In this document: positions 1 through 12,300 of the stretch, in pieces
Layout of the letters: every line of letters starts with the position of its first letter
How positions within the stretch are numbered: the first letter of the stretch is position 1
Source of the DNA: Phoronis australis
Taxonomy: Eukaryota; Animalia; Phoronida
NCBI GenBank assembly: GCA_002633005.1
Contig: NMRA01000372.1
Location: 335,058-399,057 of the forward strand
DNA length: 64,000 nucleotides
Direction: 5' to 3'
Translations under genes and position numbers: made by a program
Notes under the pieces: generated by a model
Told to the model about the DNA's origin: nothing
What the model saw: the letters and a program-made list of their open reading frames with translations, nothing else
Databases searched by the model: none

Positions 1-251
1 AAAATTGCATTACAGACTACTTATCACCTGTGTGACTTTTAAACTATCAAACTTGCTACGAATTGGTAAACACGTTACCCCCGCGCACAAGACCTCCGTA
101 CTTAATTCGAGATTCCACTTAAAAACTGACCAGTTAAATTTTAAACTTTCATTTGGAATGATTGAATAACATTCGAAGTCCCACCGGAGTGAAATGTTAT
201 GGTCTTGTGCGCAGGTGGTTCGGTTCCAAGAGTATTTCTTCGACTACTCAC

Positions 252-356
252 CTGGGTTAATTATGTTCTCCAGTTTTAATGACGCTGTGCCTGTGTCGTC
301 ATTTATGCGGCTAAATTGGATAATGTCATCATTTTTCAAATACGAAAAAGCCGATC
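252..356 (-). CDS. 105-nt exon, last one visible in window
   Basis: TTTCAG|GA...CAG|GTGAGT, phase 1-1 matching the previous exon; GSAFSYLKNDDIIQFSRINDDTGTASLKLENIINP. Confidence 0.7.
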
Positions 357-3300
357 CTGAAACGTGGACATCAACTGTACAGTGCAAGTAATAAACTTTA
401 CAGACAGAATTACCCGGAATTCCCCGACATGACGGCCGGGCAGAAGCCGACGGAAAAGGAGTCTTCCGCTTTAACTGAGAATGACGGAGAATTAACAGGA
501 GTCTCTTTCATGAAACATGAATAAAGATTTAATTAAAAAATGTGGTCTTATGCTCCAAACAATTATTTCTGAAAAGTAATTAAATCTCACATGAGCAAAA
601 GTATAAAATCTCTGAGAATGTACAGGTTTTAGTGCTCTTTATTGAAATGATTTCTATAAATTATTTTAGACTCTGGTGAGCTCATAATTTCTCGGCAAAA
701 CCCTTACATGTGAAGTCTGTCTTAAGTCTTTATTCACTTTCATCAAACGCACCCCAGGAAAGTTAGTTAAGTAGTTACGTCATTACATAATTAGAGTTTT
801 GCCATACGAATGCATATGTCTATATCTATTAATTGGCAATAGTCTGATACGTTCCTGCCTTTTGAGACCCAGTTTGATGCCCGTTATGTAGTGGGGAAAA
901 CTGGTTCTCAAAATTCGGGCACGTTATATCAGACCATTATCCATTAAATTTTACTAATAACATCATTGACGGACAACGGTTTTTCGCCTGATTACTTTCG
1001 CTTTGTACTGCACGTACACGTGCGTCAGTACAATCGACCAAGGCTGGGCTAAATTATGAGTAGACTGTACTCTCGTCTTCACGTACACAATTATTGAACT
1101 TCATACAAGTTTTTAATTCTGTGTTTCCGATGTTGGTATGTTAAACAGGCCTGGAACACGATGAACAGACTAAATTGCAATGCTGTATAAAAAGTGGTTC
1201 TCTGCCATTGAAACGGAATTCAACCTGCTCACCAGGGATTTTCAGGGTATGTTTGTAAAGATGTTTAATTTCTGTAGATATGGAAGCATTTCCTCTTAGA
1301 TTCAAATTTCAAAAAAATACATTTGTCCTACAATTATTCACCACCTCGTCGATTTTGCCCCCACAAGGCAAAGCACGTCTCCTTTTTTGGCATAGTAAGA
1401 CAAAGACGTAGCACATTTCGTTATGTGAAAAATGTGACCTTTGGCCTCATGCAACTGATTGCGCACTCTTGCGCGCACTTATCACAAGTAGTAGGGATAT
1501 TAGAAACTCTGGTAACCACATAGTTTTCACTTCGCCAGTATTAAAAATCGTGAATTTTGTGTTTTTTTCTGGAGATTTCCTCACAAAGGAAAGTGAATTA
1601 CTCTGCACTAGATGTTACTTGATGGTTCTTTCGTCAGTAACTGTTTAAAAGATATTTTGTCGAGCTGTCGTGTTCCATACCTCTTTTATCTGTGCACACC
1701 TGTACCTGTGAGGCGATGATACAAATACTAAAACCGGAGTAATCGTTTAATTGTTGGACCCGAGTGTGTCAAGTGAAATATTAAAATTATTTTTCAGGTT
1801 ATGTAGGATCTTATTAACAAATATATGTATTCAGCCAAACACATGTATGTTCAAAACTATAGAATTCAAGTCAATTTCTTTTCATGAAAATCATAAAGGG
1901 ATTGTTTTAAGGCCCTAATGCAAACGCGGGTCTCACATTCCCTTAAACAAATTTATTTAAGTTTGAATTTACTTTCATTTATTGGAATACATGCGTATGG
2001 CCTTTGGTCAGAAGTGTAACAAATACATGTACAGGAAAATAAAATGTCAGGTACGCTACAAACAAGACAAACTGTAAATCGTGACCCTTTAGAGAGTAGT
2101 GGACAAATTTATACGTCATATGGAGCTATGACCTGAGACAGAGTGCAAAAATAACAACAGTCTCGTGTCTTCACATTCTCTAAAATAATCTCGGAAAAAT
2201 AATCTATGAAACCAGAAAACATCATTACGCCAATGACAGCACTGTGTTTATGGAAAAATTAAACATTTTGTGAAAAACTAGTAAAATGTAGTTAGGTATC
2301 AAAACTACATTGTAATCAAGTTAAAATCCAGCGAATTGGAAGAGAGCGTTTTGTGCAATTCCATTACTCTTACCGTTGGCAGAGTCCCATCACAAAAGTT
2401 TGATGAATACTACCTAAAATTAATTAGAATTAAAATACGATAAAATTGATACTTACCAGTCTCTGCAATGGTGACTCCGCATAACTTAGCGAGTCCAGTG
2501 GCGTTGACTGGGGCGTACATGTCGATGTAATAGGTTGAGGCGGCGTTGTACAGAGTCATCTTCAGGGAGTACTTTGCCGACTGGCCAACGTTGACAGATG
2601 AATGATTCTTGGACAATTGAAACTCGGGGAGTTTAGTGGATTCCTGGAAAAGAGGGGCTTGCTCTAGTATGCAAATTAAGCGTTTTTGCTAGATCATAAC
2701 TGGTAACCCACCCTCATTTTGTTTTCTTGACAAGTACAATTTCTTGGAATTTTTTTTATTTAGCAGTTCCGTGCTGTCTTAAAGGCATTGCAACTGACTC
2801 CCCTCTCCTTCCCTTACATGTGCATTACGCACCATTTTCCTAGAGTGTAAAATCAAGAAATTTCCACTATCACGATCTAATTCAGAATCACGCTCGATTA
2901 AATTTGGCAGGAACGCCTTTTGTGTTGGTACACCATACTGTGGTTAAGCTGGTCAGAGCTTACAGTCACACAAAGGTTAAACAGGTGCATCTTAATAGTT
3001 TAATTTCTCTGAAAGTCAACCGTTTTTCTCCATTCGAAGTTTTTTTGGTAAAAGTATTGCATACAAAACGCAAATGGTTAACGACATTTGTTAGAAGTCG
3101 CCTTTACAAGTAGTATTTTTAACTATTGATTAGCGTCAGGCGCGCTGTTCATTTTGCTGGATAACGCAACCATCAGATGAAAGCAGACAATAAGAGAGCT
3201 GGACCATGTAAACACTGGTTTGCCACTGTCAAACTCATAACGACACGACTGTATCCCGACTAGCCGATGACTCAGTCGGGTAGGCAGTGACCACCGTCTC

Positions 3301-6300
3301 TGGCTGGCTCAGTAGAGACGGTGTAGCTGGTAAAGGAGCTTAACACGCCGGAAGATGTACGGCAAATTATAATTCACTGATTAAAATGTCGAAGTATCTT
3401 TGTTTTGAGTAACTTTTGAGCATGAGGGACACCTCAGGTGGCCGTCGATGTCTTTAATTCCTTCCAACTCGAACAAATCCTCCCATCATCGATTTTTTTC
3501 TTCGAGCAGTCCCTCGTTCAGTTCCCAAAATCGGTAACCGGCCATTTTTAACCTGTGCACACCAGGGTATATGACGTCATACCACCTGCGCAGTGTTAAA
3601 AATGGCCACTTTCCGATTTTAGGAACTCAACGAAGCACAGCTCGAAGAAAAAGTTTGATAATGGGAGTATTTGTTCGAGATGGAAGAAAGTAAAGACATC
3701 GATGGCCTTCTAAGGTGTTCCCCTATGCGTAAAAAGTACTTATAACAACGGAACTTTTAGTTTTTAACACGTGTGAGGCTTAATTCGCCGAAAAGCTTCC
3801 GGCGTATGAAGCCGCCATGAGAGCTTCATCGTTTCTACTAGCCAGCTAAAGACGGTGGTTACTGTCTATCAGTCGGGATACTCATTCCAGTGCGCGGGTG
3901 TGTAACGAATGGTAACAACTACTCGTATGCATTACACTGTATACTATTACAAGTCAGAACAACTTTCCCCAATCCAGAAACGTTCTCGATAATTTTGAAA
4001 TGAAAAGTCAAGGTAGTTTTACAGTCTGGCAATGAGATTGATCAAACCAAGAATGTTGCGTTAGCCGCTGGTGTTTACGTTACAAACAAATTTACATGTT
4101 TTAAGGGGGTGTAATACCTTAACCACAAACCTGTACCTTTAACCAGATGTCTACAAATCTATAGAATTTAACTCGGCAAAAGTGTTTATTTCTTGAAAGC
4201 CTAAGCTCTGTAGAAATTGATTTTGACTTGATAAAAATCAGCCATTAATTAGGTTACATGACCTTGCCTTTTTGAAGAAAATTTAACAAAAATAAAGCTA
4301 CATTCATAGCAAAACAACAGGTTTTTTAACATCTCGAAAACCCTGTTAAAGTTTTCTGAACAGTCGATTCTATTTCATTTTAAGCAACTTTATTTTCTTT
4401 ACTTATGAATATCATATGAGTCATAGTTTTTGATAGCCCCTGATGCAAAAGTGGAACATTTTAAAAGCAATTCCTGACATAGTTTTAGAGAATATAGTTT
4501 ATAAATCACTGTACATGAAAGTTTCATTTGAATCCGATCAGCCATTTCTGAGACGGATGTACCGTAGTTGGCCAGAATTGAACATTTTTTTAGATTCAAA
4601 CGTACTGTACATGTAACCTTAAGCATTGGATATGAATCAAGACGTTTACATACCAGCGTATCGAGTACCAGATAAAAGATATGTTCAGCCACCCATATCT
4701 TGTTGGTGTTCTCATAAGAAACGCCTGTGCTGACATCTAGCGCCTGATTGTTTTGCATTTCGGGCAAATACAACACCATGGCATCAAACGTGATCACTAT
4801 AGTGCTTTTGTCTTTGTTGCTGCTATCAGACGCCACGTTGGAAACACTCCCAAAGTCGATGACACATCGGTCGTACTACAAGAGAGTAACTGTGATGTTA
4901 TAGTCTTTGAACCAAAATGTCGCTGACTGCAACGCATGTTTACAGGTACACTCAAAATTTTGCAGCAAGCTTAAAAGATGTTCACAAAATCGCCACAACG
5001 TCAGGGCATATTCGAAGAATTTAAGCATATCTTCAGGACCCGACGTGACTTGCGTACGATTGTCGTTTAGTGCGTCAAGCAGGCCCAAATTTTCACACTG
5101 TCCCATATTGTCACAACTTCAAAATCGTGACAATTTGGCCGCGCTGCAGGCGCTGTGTGTGTCAAATTGTCTCACCGTCTCAATTTGTCACAAGAATAAG
5201 AACATTTCTTGTTTTAAAACTCATATCTACGTGATTTTGCACCTGTAGTAAATGTAGTTCAAATTTACACGTAAACCAGTCGCTATATTCAAACTTGTAC
5301 ATTTATAGGCTGTTAAACCTGAGTTGCAGAGCATTGTTGTGTATCCCGGGGGTGGAGAACCACTAAGTTAATACGAGCAACACCCGTACCACAAAACTCA
5401 AAAACCTTATCACGCACACAACGTTTTGACTACGACTTCAAAACTCTAACCGCAGACAGGCATCCTTACCACGGACAATGTCCAATGCAAGCGACTGAAG
5501 TTCGGAACCGAGGTTCTTCGTGATTAATGAACAAAATGAAGGACACAGCAAAACTTCNAGGTTTGGTCAAATATAGCTAAAAAAACAACTTTGGATTTTC
5601 AGAATGATTTTATTTTTCTTCAGTATACTGTGCATCAAGAATTAAAGATCAGGATGACATAAAAATGTAAAAAACAGTCAAAATTAATTTTTTTGTGTAT
5701 CCACCTACCTTAAGCAAATTTATTTTCTTTAGGAATATCATGTGGGTCATAGTTTTTGATAGCCCCTGATGCAAAAGTGGAACATTTTAAAAGCAATTCT
5801 TGACATAGTTTTAGAGAAGATAGTTTACATGAAAGTTTCATTTGAGTCCGATCAGCCATTTCTGAGACGGGTGTACCGTAGTTGGCTAAAATTGAACATT
5901 TTTCTAGGTTCAAACGTACATGCAACCTTAAGCATTGAACATGAAACAAGACGTTCACATACCAGCGTATCGAGTACCAGATAAAAGATATGTTCAGCCA
6001 CCCATATCTTGTTGGTGTTCTCATAAGAAACGCCTGTGCTGACATCTAGAGCCTGATTGTTTTGCATGTCGGGCAAATACAACACCATGGTATCAAACGT
6101 GATCACTATAGTGCTTTTGTCTTTGTTACTGCTATCAGACGCCACGTTGGAAACACTCCCAAAGTCGATGACACATCGGTCGTACTACAACAGAGTTACT
6201 GTGATGTTATAGTATTTGAACCAAAATGTCGCTGACTGCAACGCATGTTTACAGGTACACTCAAAATTTTGCAGCAAGCTTAAAAGATGTCGCCACAACG

Positions 6301-9300
6301 TCAAGGCATGTTCGAAGAATTTAAGCATATCTTCAGGACCCCACGTGACTTGCGTACGATTGTCGTTTAGTGCGTCAGGCAGGCCGAAATTTTCACACTG
6401 TCCCATATTGTCACAACTTCAAAATTGTGACAAATTGGCCGCACTGCATTCGCTGTGTGTGTCAAATTGTCTCACCGTCTCAATTTGTCACAAGAACGTA
6501 AGATGTGTTTTAAAACTCATATCTACGTAATTTTGCACCTGTAGTAAATGTAGTTCAAATGTACACGTAGGCCAGTCGCTATATTCAAACTTGTACATTC
6601 ATAGGCTGTTAAACCTGATTTGCAGAGCATTGTTGTGTATCCCGGGGGTGGAGAACCACTAAGTTAATACGAGCAACACCCATACCTCAAAACTTAAAAA
6701 CCTTATCACGAACACAACGTTTTGACTACGACTTCAAAACTCTAACCGCAGACAGGCATCCTTACCACGGACAATGTCCAATGCAAGCGACTGAAGTTCG
6801 GAACCGAGGTTCTTCGTGATTAATGAACAAAATGAAGGACACCGCAAAACTTCCGTGGAGGTCTCACATCCTTCAAGCGTTTCACATGGCACTCACTACG
6901 GTATACAATGTCACAGTCATCTAAGAAAGCGGGCAGTATATTACTAAGGACACCCAGACTTCCGTGTACACGCGCAGATCTAGGACGCTACTCCCTTCTT
7001 ACGGACACGCATTCTGTGCCCCCTCCCAAACTTCTTGCCTCACACAGATATACATGTATTTTTTCACTCAGCTTGCCCCGCACACCATACCCAGTCAAGC
7101 GAGAAGTGAGGCGGAACCGTGGTATAATGTCCCTAAGAGAAATTTTGCATCCGGAGATAGAAGCCTGGGTACCCCATATCTTGGGATCAAATGCAGTGGA
7201 AATGTGCAGCCTATTAACTTTCGAAAGATTTTTCTACTCAAATGCACGGCATACAACCCACACGCCATAGCTCGGCAATTACGCACATCTCCAAAATTTG
7301 ACGGATTCGCTCAGTTGCAGGATTTTACGGTAAAAGAATACTTTTCGTACTACATATGCTGTCTTGATCGTGAAAATTATCTGGGGTGCAAAATGAAATC
7401 TCGATTTATAATGTTAACTTCTCTGCTTGCCGAATGTTTTTACTGTTGAGCTTAAACTTGCGTCTTTTTATTGTGAGGCGTCATTTGGGTGAAAATTCCA
7501 TCACCGTAGATAGAATGTTCCACAGCTGGGCACTGACACAACTTACGTTGTTGTGACAATTTGGGCCGTTGTGACAATTTGGGCCTGCACTCATGACTAA
7601 AGCACAGGCCCAAACTGACACACACACACAAATTGTTGCGACAATCTGGGGCTTCAGCGCTTACTCAAATTGCCGCAGTTTTGAAGTTGTGACAACTTGG
7701 TACGGTGTGACAAATTTTGCCTGCACAGTGCGTGCTTGTCTTATTACACTGTAGGAAGTAGAGTTCAAGCTATTTCAACAGGGTGGCGATTCCGCGTGAG
7801 AACAGCCAAGATTCACTCCACAGGACAAGAATAAGATGAAGTGATTGGCCATCGCTTTCCTGAGTGGTCACGAGGAAGTGAGTGATATTATGGGTAAATT
7901 CAGACTTCGTATATCTCATTTGACAAATAGTGCTCCACATAAACCGCGCGACACTTCCACCATGTACAGTATATACAGTAGAGCTTAAAATTCTACAGGT
8001 GTGAGGAGAGGCCATTTAGGGTCCATTTTACTACTTAAAGTGTGTTTTGGCGGCACAATGCTTTCATGTTTTTATTTTACTGGATAACTAAAAGCTGGAT
8101 AAAGTGGCTAAAACAGGGCCAAATATCTTTGTGACCGTCTTTTGTTAGTACATGTTCAAGTATAGCAAGAATGGCTGGCGGGTATGTACCCGCCGGTTGT
8201 CCTCAGAAAATGTTTATGTCTCGACTAAGCTTGCGATTTGAAAAATAACTTTATAACTGGTCCTTAACAAATTGGATACACGCTATGAAAGCATACCATT
8301 GCTTGAGTCCATGCAACGCAGACAACTATTTTGTACTCAAGGAAATTTTTTTGTTGGAACAGAATTTCGATTGTTGTCAGGTAGCAAATTACAAAATTGT
8401 GTAACGCATAAGCTCACATAGCCTTTGGTGTATGTTGCGAAGCATCTGTCCGTCGACGACGTATTTGGAAAGTTTGGGTCTTTGGGAATGGTCACTTGCA
8501 CGTCCTTAATGGCCATAGCTGCTGCAACTGGCTTGCCATCTGTGTTGTTCATAGAGGGCGCCAAAAGCTCGGCCTAAAATGGAAAACAGTCATACGATGT
8601 ACATGTACTCAATTAAAACAGTTTTGTGTCGAATGTGTTCTCAATTTTATCATGTCAGCGTTGTGTCATTTCACTACACAAACCTCATAAGCCACCGAAT
8701 ATTTTACAATACAAACGAGGAAAATCTCAGAGACAGCATTGCACAACCGGGGCAAATTCAACTTAATACTCGACATTTGAAAATTGACCAAAGAGGTGGG
8801 ACATTTCGACTGAAATTTCAAATTTCACGCAATACAATTTGTCAACTGTCTATCTCGTCCTACCATGACAACAATGATTTCTGCATCAAGTTTAATAACT
8901 ATGCACACAATTTTTGTAATTAGCATGACTCTTTCGTGACAACTAAATGCCAAAAAGGACGTGAATGAAAAGCAGACAGAAAACAACTTCTTTCGTTTGC
9001 ATCACTCGAGGTCTCCTGAGTCCTTCCAGGGGTTGCACTTGCGATGACGTAGGCATTTACCTTCAAGTCCGTTTGCAGGTTTGGAATCCAAATGCTCAAC
9101 TTGAAGCTGATGACGTCACCGACTTTGACATTAGTTTGACTGGCAAAGGCACCTGTTTTCTCCATCGTGATCGTAGTCACGCTGGGTAAACCGGCCCCGG
9201 TCTGAAAGGACAAGAAACAATTTTGGTTTGGCAACCACAGCACTCCGTTTTCATGGGCAGCACAGCATTGAAGTAAGTGGGGGCGATGCCCCCCCCCCCT

Positions 9301-12300
9301 CCCCCTAGCCCCCTGTGGTGCGTGCCGCCCAGGTCTGCGATGAGAAAATATGTAAACGACTGCAGCCTATCTACTCATATGTATACGGAACTTCAATAAA
9401 AACAACATATGCATGCAAAGGCGTAACATTCGGTTTTGTTAATTGATATTAACAAACTGCTCTGTTATTCCATCATAAAGCAGTGTGTCTTAATCGATCT
9501 GAATATCTAAAATATAAGTGTGAGTATTTGGAAAAGCATTTCTGTTATCCCTGTTTTTTATTGTTTCGCGTACAGTGTAGCTGTTTGAGTTTGTTTTAGC
9601 CAGTTGAACGAGACGAAATGCAATTTTAATTGTTAACAATGTAAATCCTATACGTGGTTTTTAATTCTTTTTAAATTATTTTGAAATATTTGCAAGTATT
9701 TGTCTTCCGCCGGGGTATCGATATGTTTCGGGTGAATGTAGATACATGTAGTCCCAGTATAATCAAGTAACACGCCTTCCCATCGTTGCATTGGAACGTT
9801 TTTTGATAACAACAATGATATAGTATGAAATACGAACAAAACAAAGTCATCAGTTACTTACGATGGCAGCCCAGCATCCTGAAAAATAGAGAAACAAGTG
9901 TTTGATACCTTATTAGTTATAGGGCATTTGCGACGCTCTGACGACGTCACGCGCAAACACATCTTGACACCATTCACACTGCATATCGAGACGCTTTGGT
10001 GGATCTAGAANAAAACAGTCATACGATGTACATGTACTCAATTAAAACAGTTTTGTGTCAAATGTGCTCTCAATTTCATCATGTCAGCGTTGTGTTATTC
10101 CACTACACAAACCTCATAAGCCACCGAATATTTTACAATACAAACGAGGAAAATCTCAGAGGCAGCATCGCACAACCGGGGCAAACTCAACTTAATACTC
10201 GACACTTGAAAATTAACCAAAGAGGTGGGACATTTCGACTGAAATTTCAAATTTCACGCAATACAATTTGCCAACTGTCTATCTCATCCTACCATGACTA
10301 CAATGACTTCTGCATCAAGTTCAATAACTATGCACACAATTTTTGTAATAAGCATGGCTCTTCCGTGACAACTAAATGTCAAAAAGGACGTGAATGAAAA
10401 GCAGACAGAAAACAACTTCTTTCGTTTGCATCACTCGAGGTCTCCTGAGTCCTTCCAGGGGGTTGCACTTACGATGAAATAGGCATTTACCTTCAAGTCC
10501 GTTTGCAGGTTTGGAATCCAAATGCTCAACTTGAAGCTGATGACGTCACCGACTTTGACATTAGTTTGACTGGCAAAGGCACCTGTTTTCTCCATCGTGA
10601 TCGTAGTCATGGTGGGTAACCCGACCCCGGTCTGAAAGGACAAGAAACAATTTTGGTTTGGCAACCACAGCACTCCGTTTTCATGGGCAGCACAGCATTG
10701 AAATACATGTAAGTAGGGGCTATCCAACCCCCCCCCCCTAGCCCTCTGTGGTGCGTGCCGCCCAGGTCTGCGATGAGAAAATATGCAACGACTGTAACCT
10801 ATTTACTCATATGTATACGGAACTTCAATAAAAACAACATATGCACGCAAAGCCGAAACATTCGGTTTTGTTAACTGATATAAACAAACTGCTCTGTATT
10901 TCCGTCATAAAGCAGTATGTCTTAATCAATCTGAATATCTAAAATAATTAAGCATTTGGAAAAACATTTCTGTTATCCTGTTTTTTAATTGTTTCGCGTA
11001 CAGTGTAGCTGTTTGAGTTTGTTTTAGCAAGTTGAACGAGACGAAATGAAATTTTAATTGTTAACAATGCAAATCCTATAGGTGGTTTTTAATTCTTTTT
11101 TAAATTATTTTGAAATATTTCCAAGTATTTATCTTCCGCCGGGGTATCGATATGTTTCGGGTGAATGTAGATACATGTAGTCCCAGTATAATCAAGTAAC
11201 ACGCCTTCCCATCGTTGCATTGGAACGTTTTTTGATAACAACAATGATATAGTATGAAATACGAACAAAACAAAGTCATCGGTTACTTACGATGGCAGCC
11301 CAGCATCCTGAAAAATAGAGAAACAAATGTTTGATACCTTATTAGTTATAGGGCATTTGCGACGCTCTGACGACGTCACGCGCAAACACATCTTGACACC
11401 ATTCACACTGCATATCGAGACGCTTTGGTGGATCTAGAATATTGTGAGCGGGTGGACGTAGTTACCATGTATCCACATTTTTCTTTTCAGCTGATGTTTA
11501 TCTCTTACGTTTCAGATACGGCTCAATATTTTGAGACGTCTGACATTACACCGTCGTCGTGCATGTCGCCGGCGATTTACATGATGGGAAAAACAGTGCA
11601 TTATGTCGCTTTTTCGTATTTAGAGTATCGCTTTGCTGTAGTGAGTGAAACATGAGTTGATCGTGACACCTTCGTAGTCAGGACACATGCAGAACTTCCA
11701 AGGTGATTCCACTCCTAATTTTCCTTTCCTCATTTCCTAGGCCATGGAAAATGATGTAGTATGGATTTTGAAAGCTATTGATTAATTTGCAAGATCTATG
11801 CGACGTGCGTAACGGCGTCGCACGGTTATCGCCTATGGGACACTACGACTGTTTTCCTTTGTAGCGTCTTTGCTGGATATACTGCACATGTAACAAAACA
11901 GGTCGCACGGATGTCGTACCTTGGGCGCCCACTAGCAAGTTACCGATAAATGGTTACCATTATCTTTATTATAAAAACAAAAAATAACTGAACAATAGAT
12001 ACGTTTGTCTACCGATATCTAGGCGACGCGCTTGCGCACTAGTTTCCCGTGGGTGATTTTCAACCATTTTTGTTCGTTGAAGTTTCGCTATGAACGTAAC
12101 CCGTGGTTATGCTCCTACAAAAAGGCGAGACGATTTAAAATCAAGCTATTTAATATTTTTTGTTTCTAGGAGACAACTTCGAAGTAGACGACACGTAAAT
12201 TACCTATCACATGCGTTATAATTATTACCAATGTATCATGTCCCCGCCAATAGAGGGTTAACTCGAATGTTCTGGTCTTTTAGCCTCAGTTTTTCTTTGT

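Larger units (their letters stand above)
4380..6853. repeat. Near-tandem duplication (4380-5557 / 5710-6853), probable haplotype duplication
   Basis: Two highly similar copies of about 1.15 kb; first copy ends exactly at the single N (5558). Confidence 0.9.
8583..11439. repeat. Head-to-tail 1.43-kb duplication (8583-10010 / 10012-11439), probable haplotype duplication
   Basis: Copies joined by a single N at 10011; scattered SNPs and small indels. Confidence 0.9.

Noticed and set aside
7770-7865. Possible extra exon of the secreted protein
   Set aside because: Acceptor-like site present but no phase-compatible strong donor; flanking exons already join in frame.
4380-11439. Dscam-style mutually exclusive exon system
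   Set aside because: Introns are duplicated along with exons at high identity and each duplicate ends at an N, as does a third non-coding duplicate; haplotype artefact is more parsimonious pending read data.
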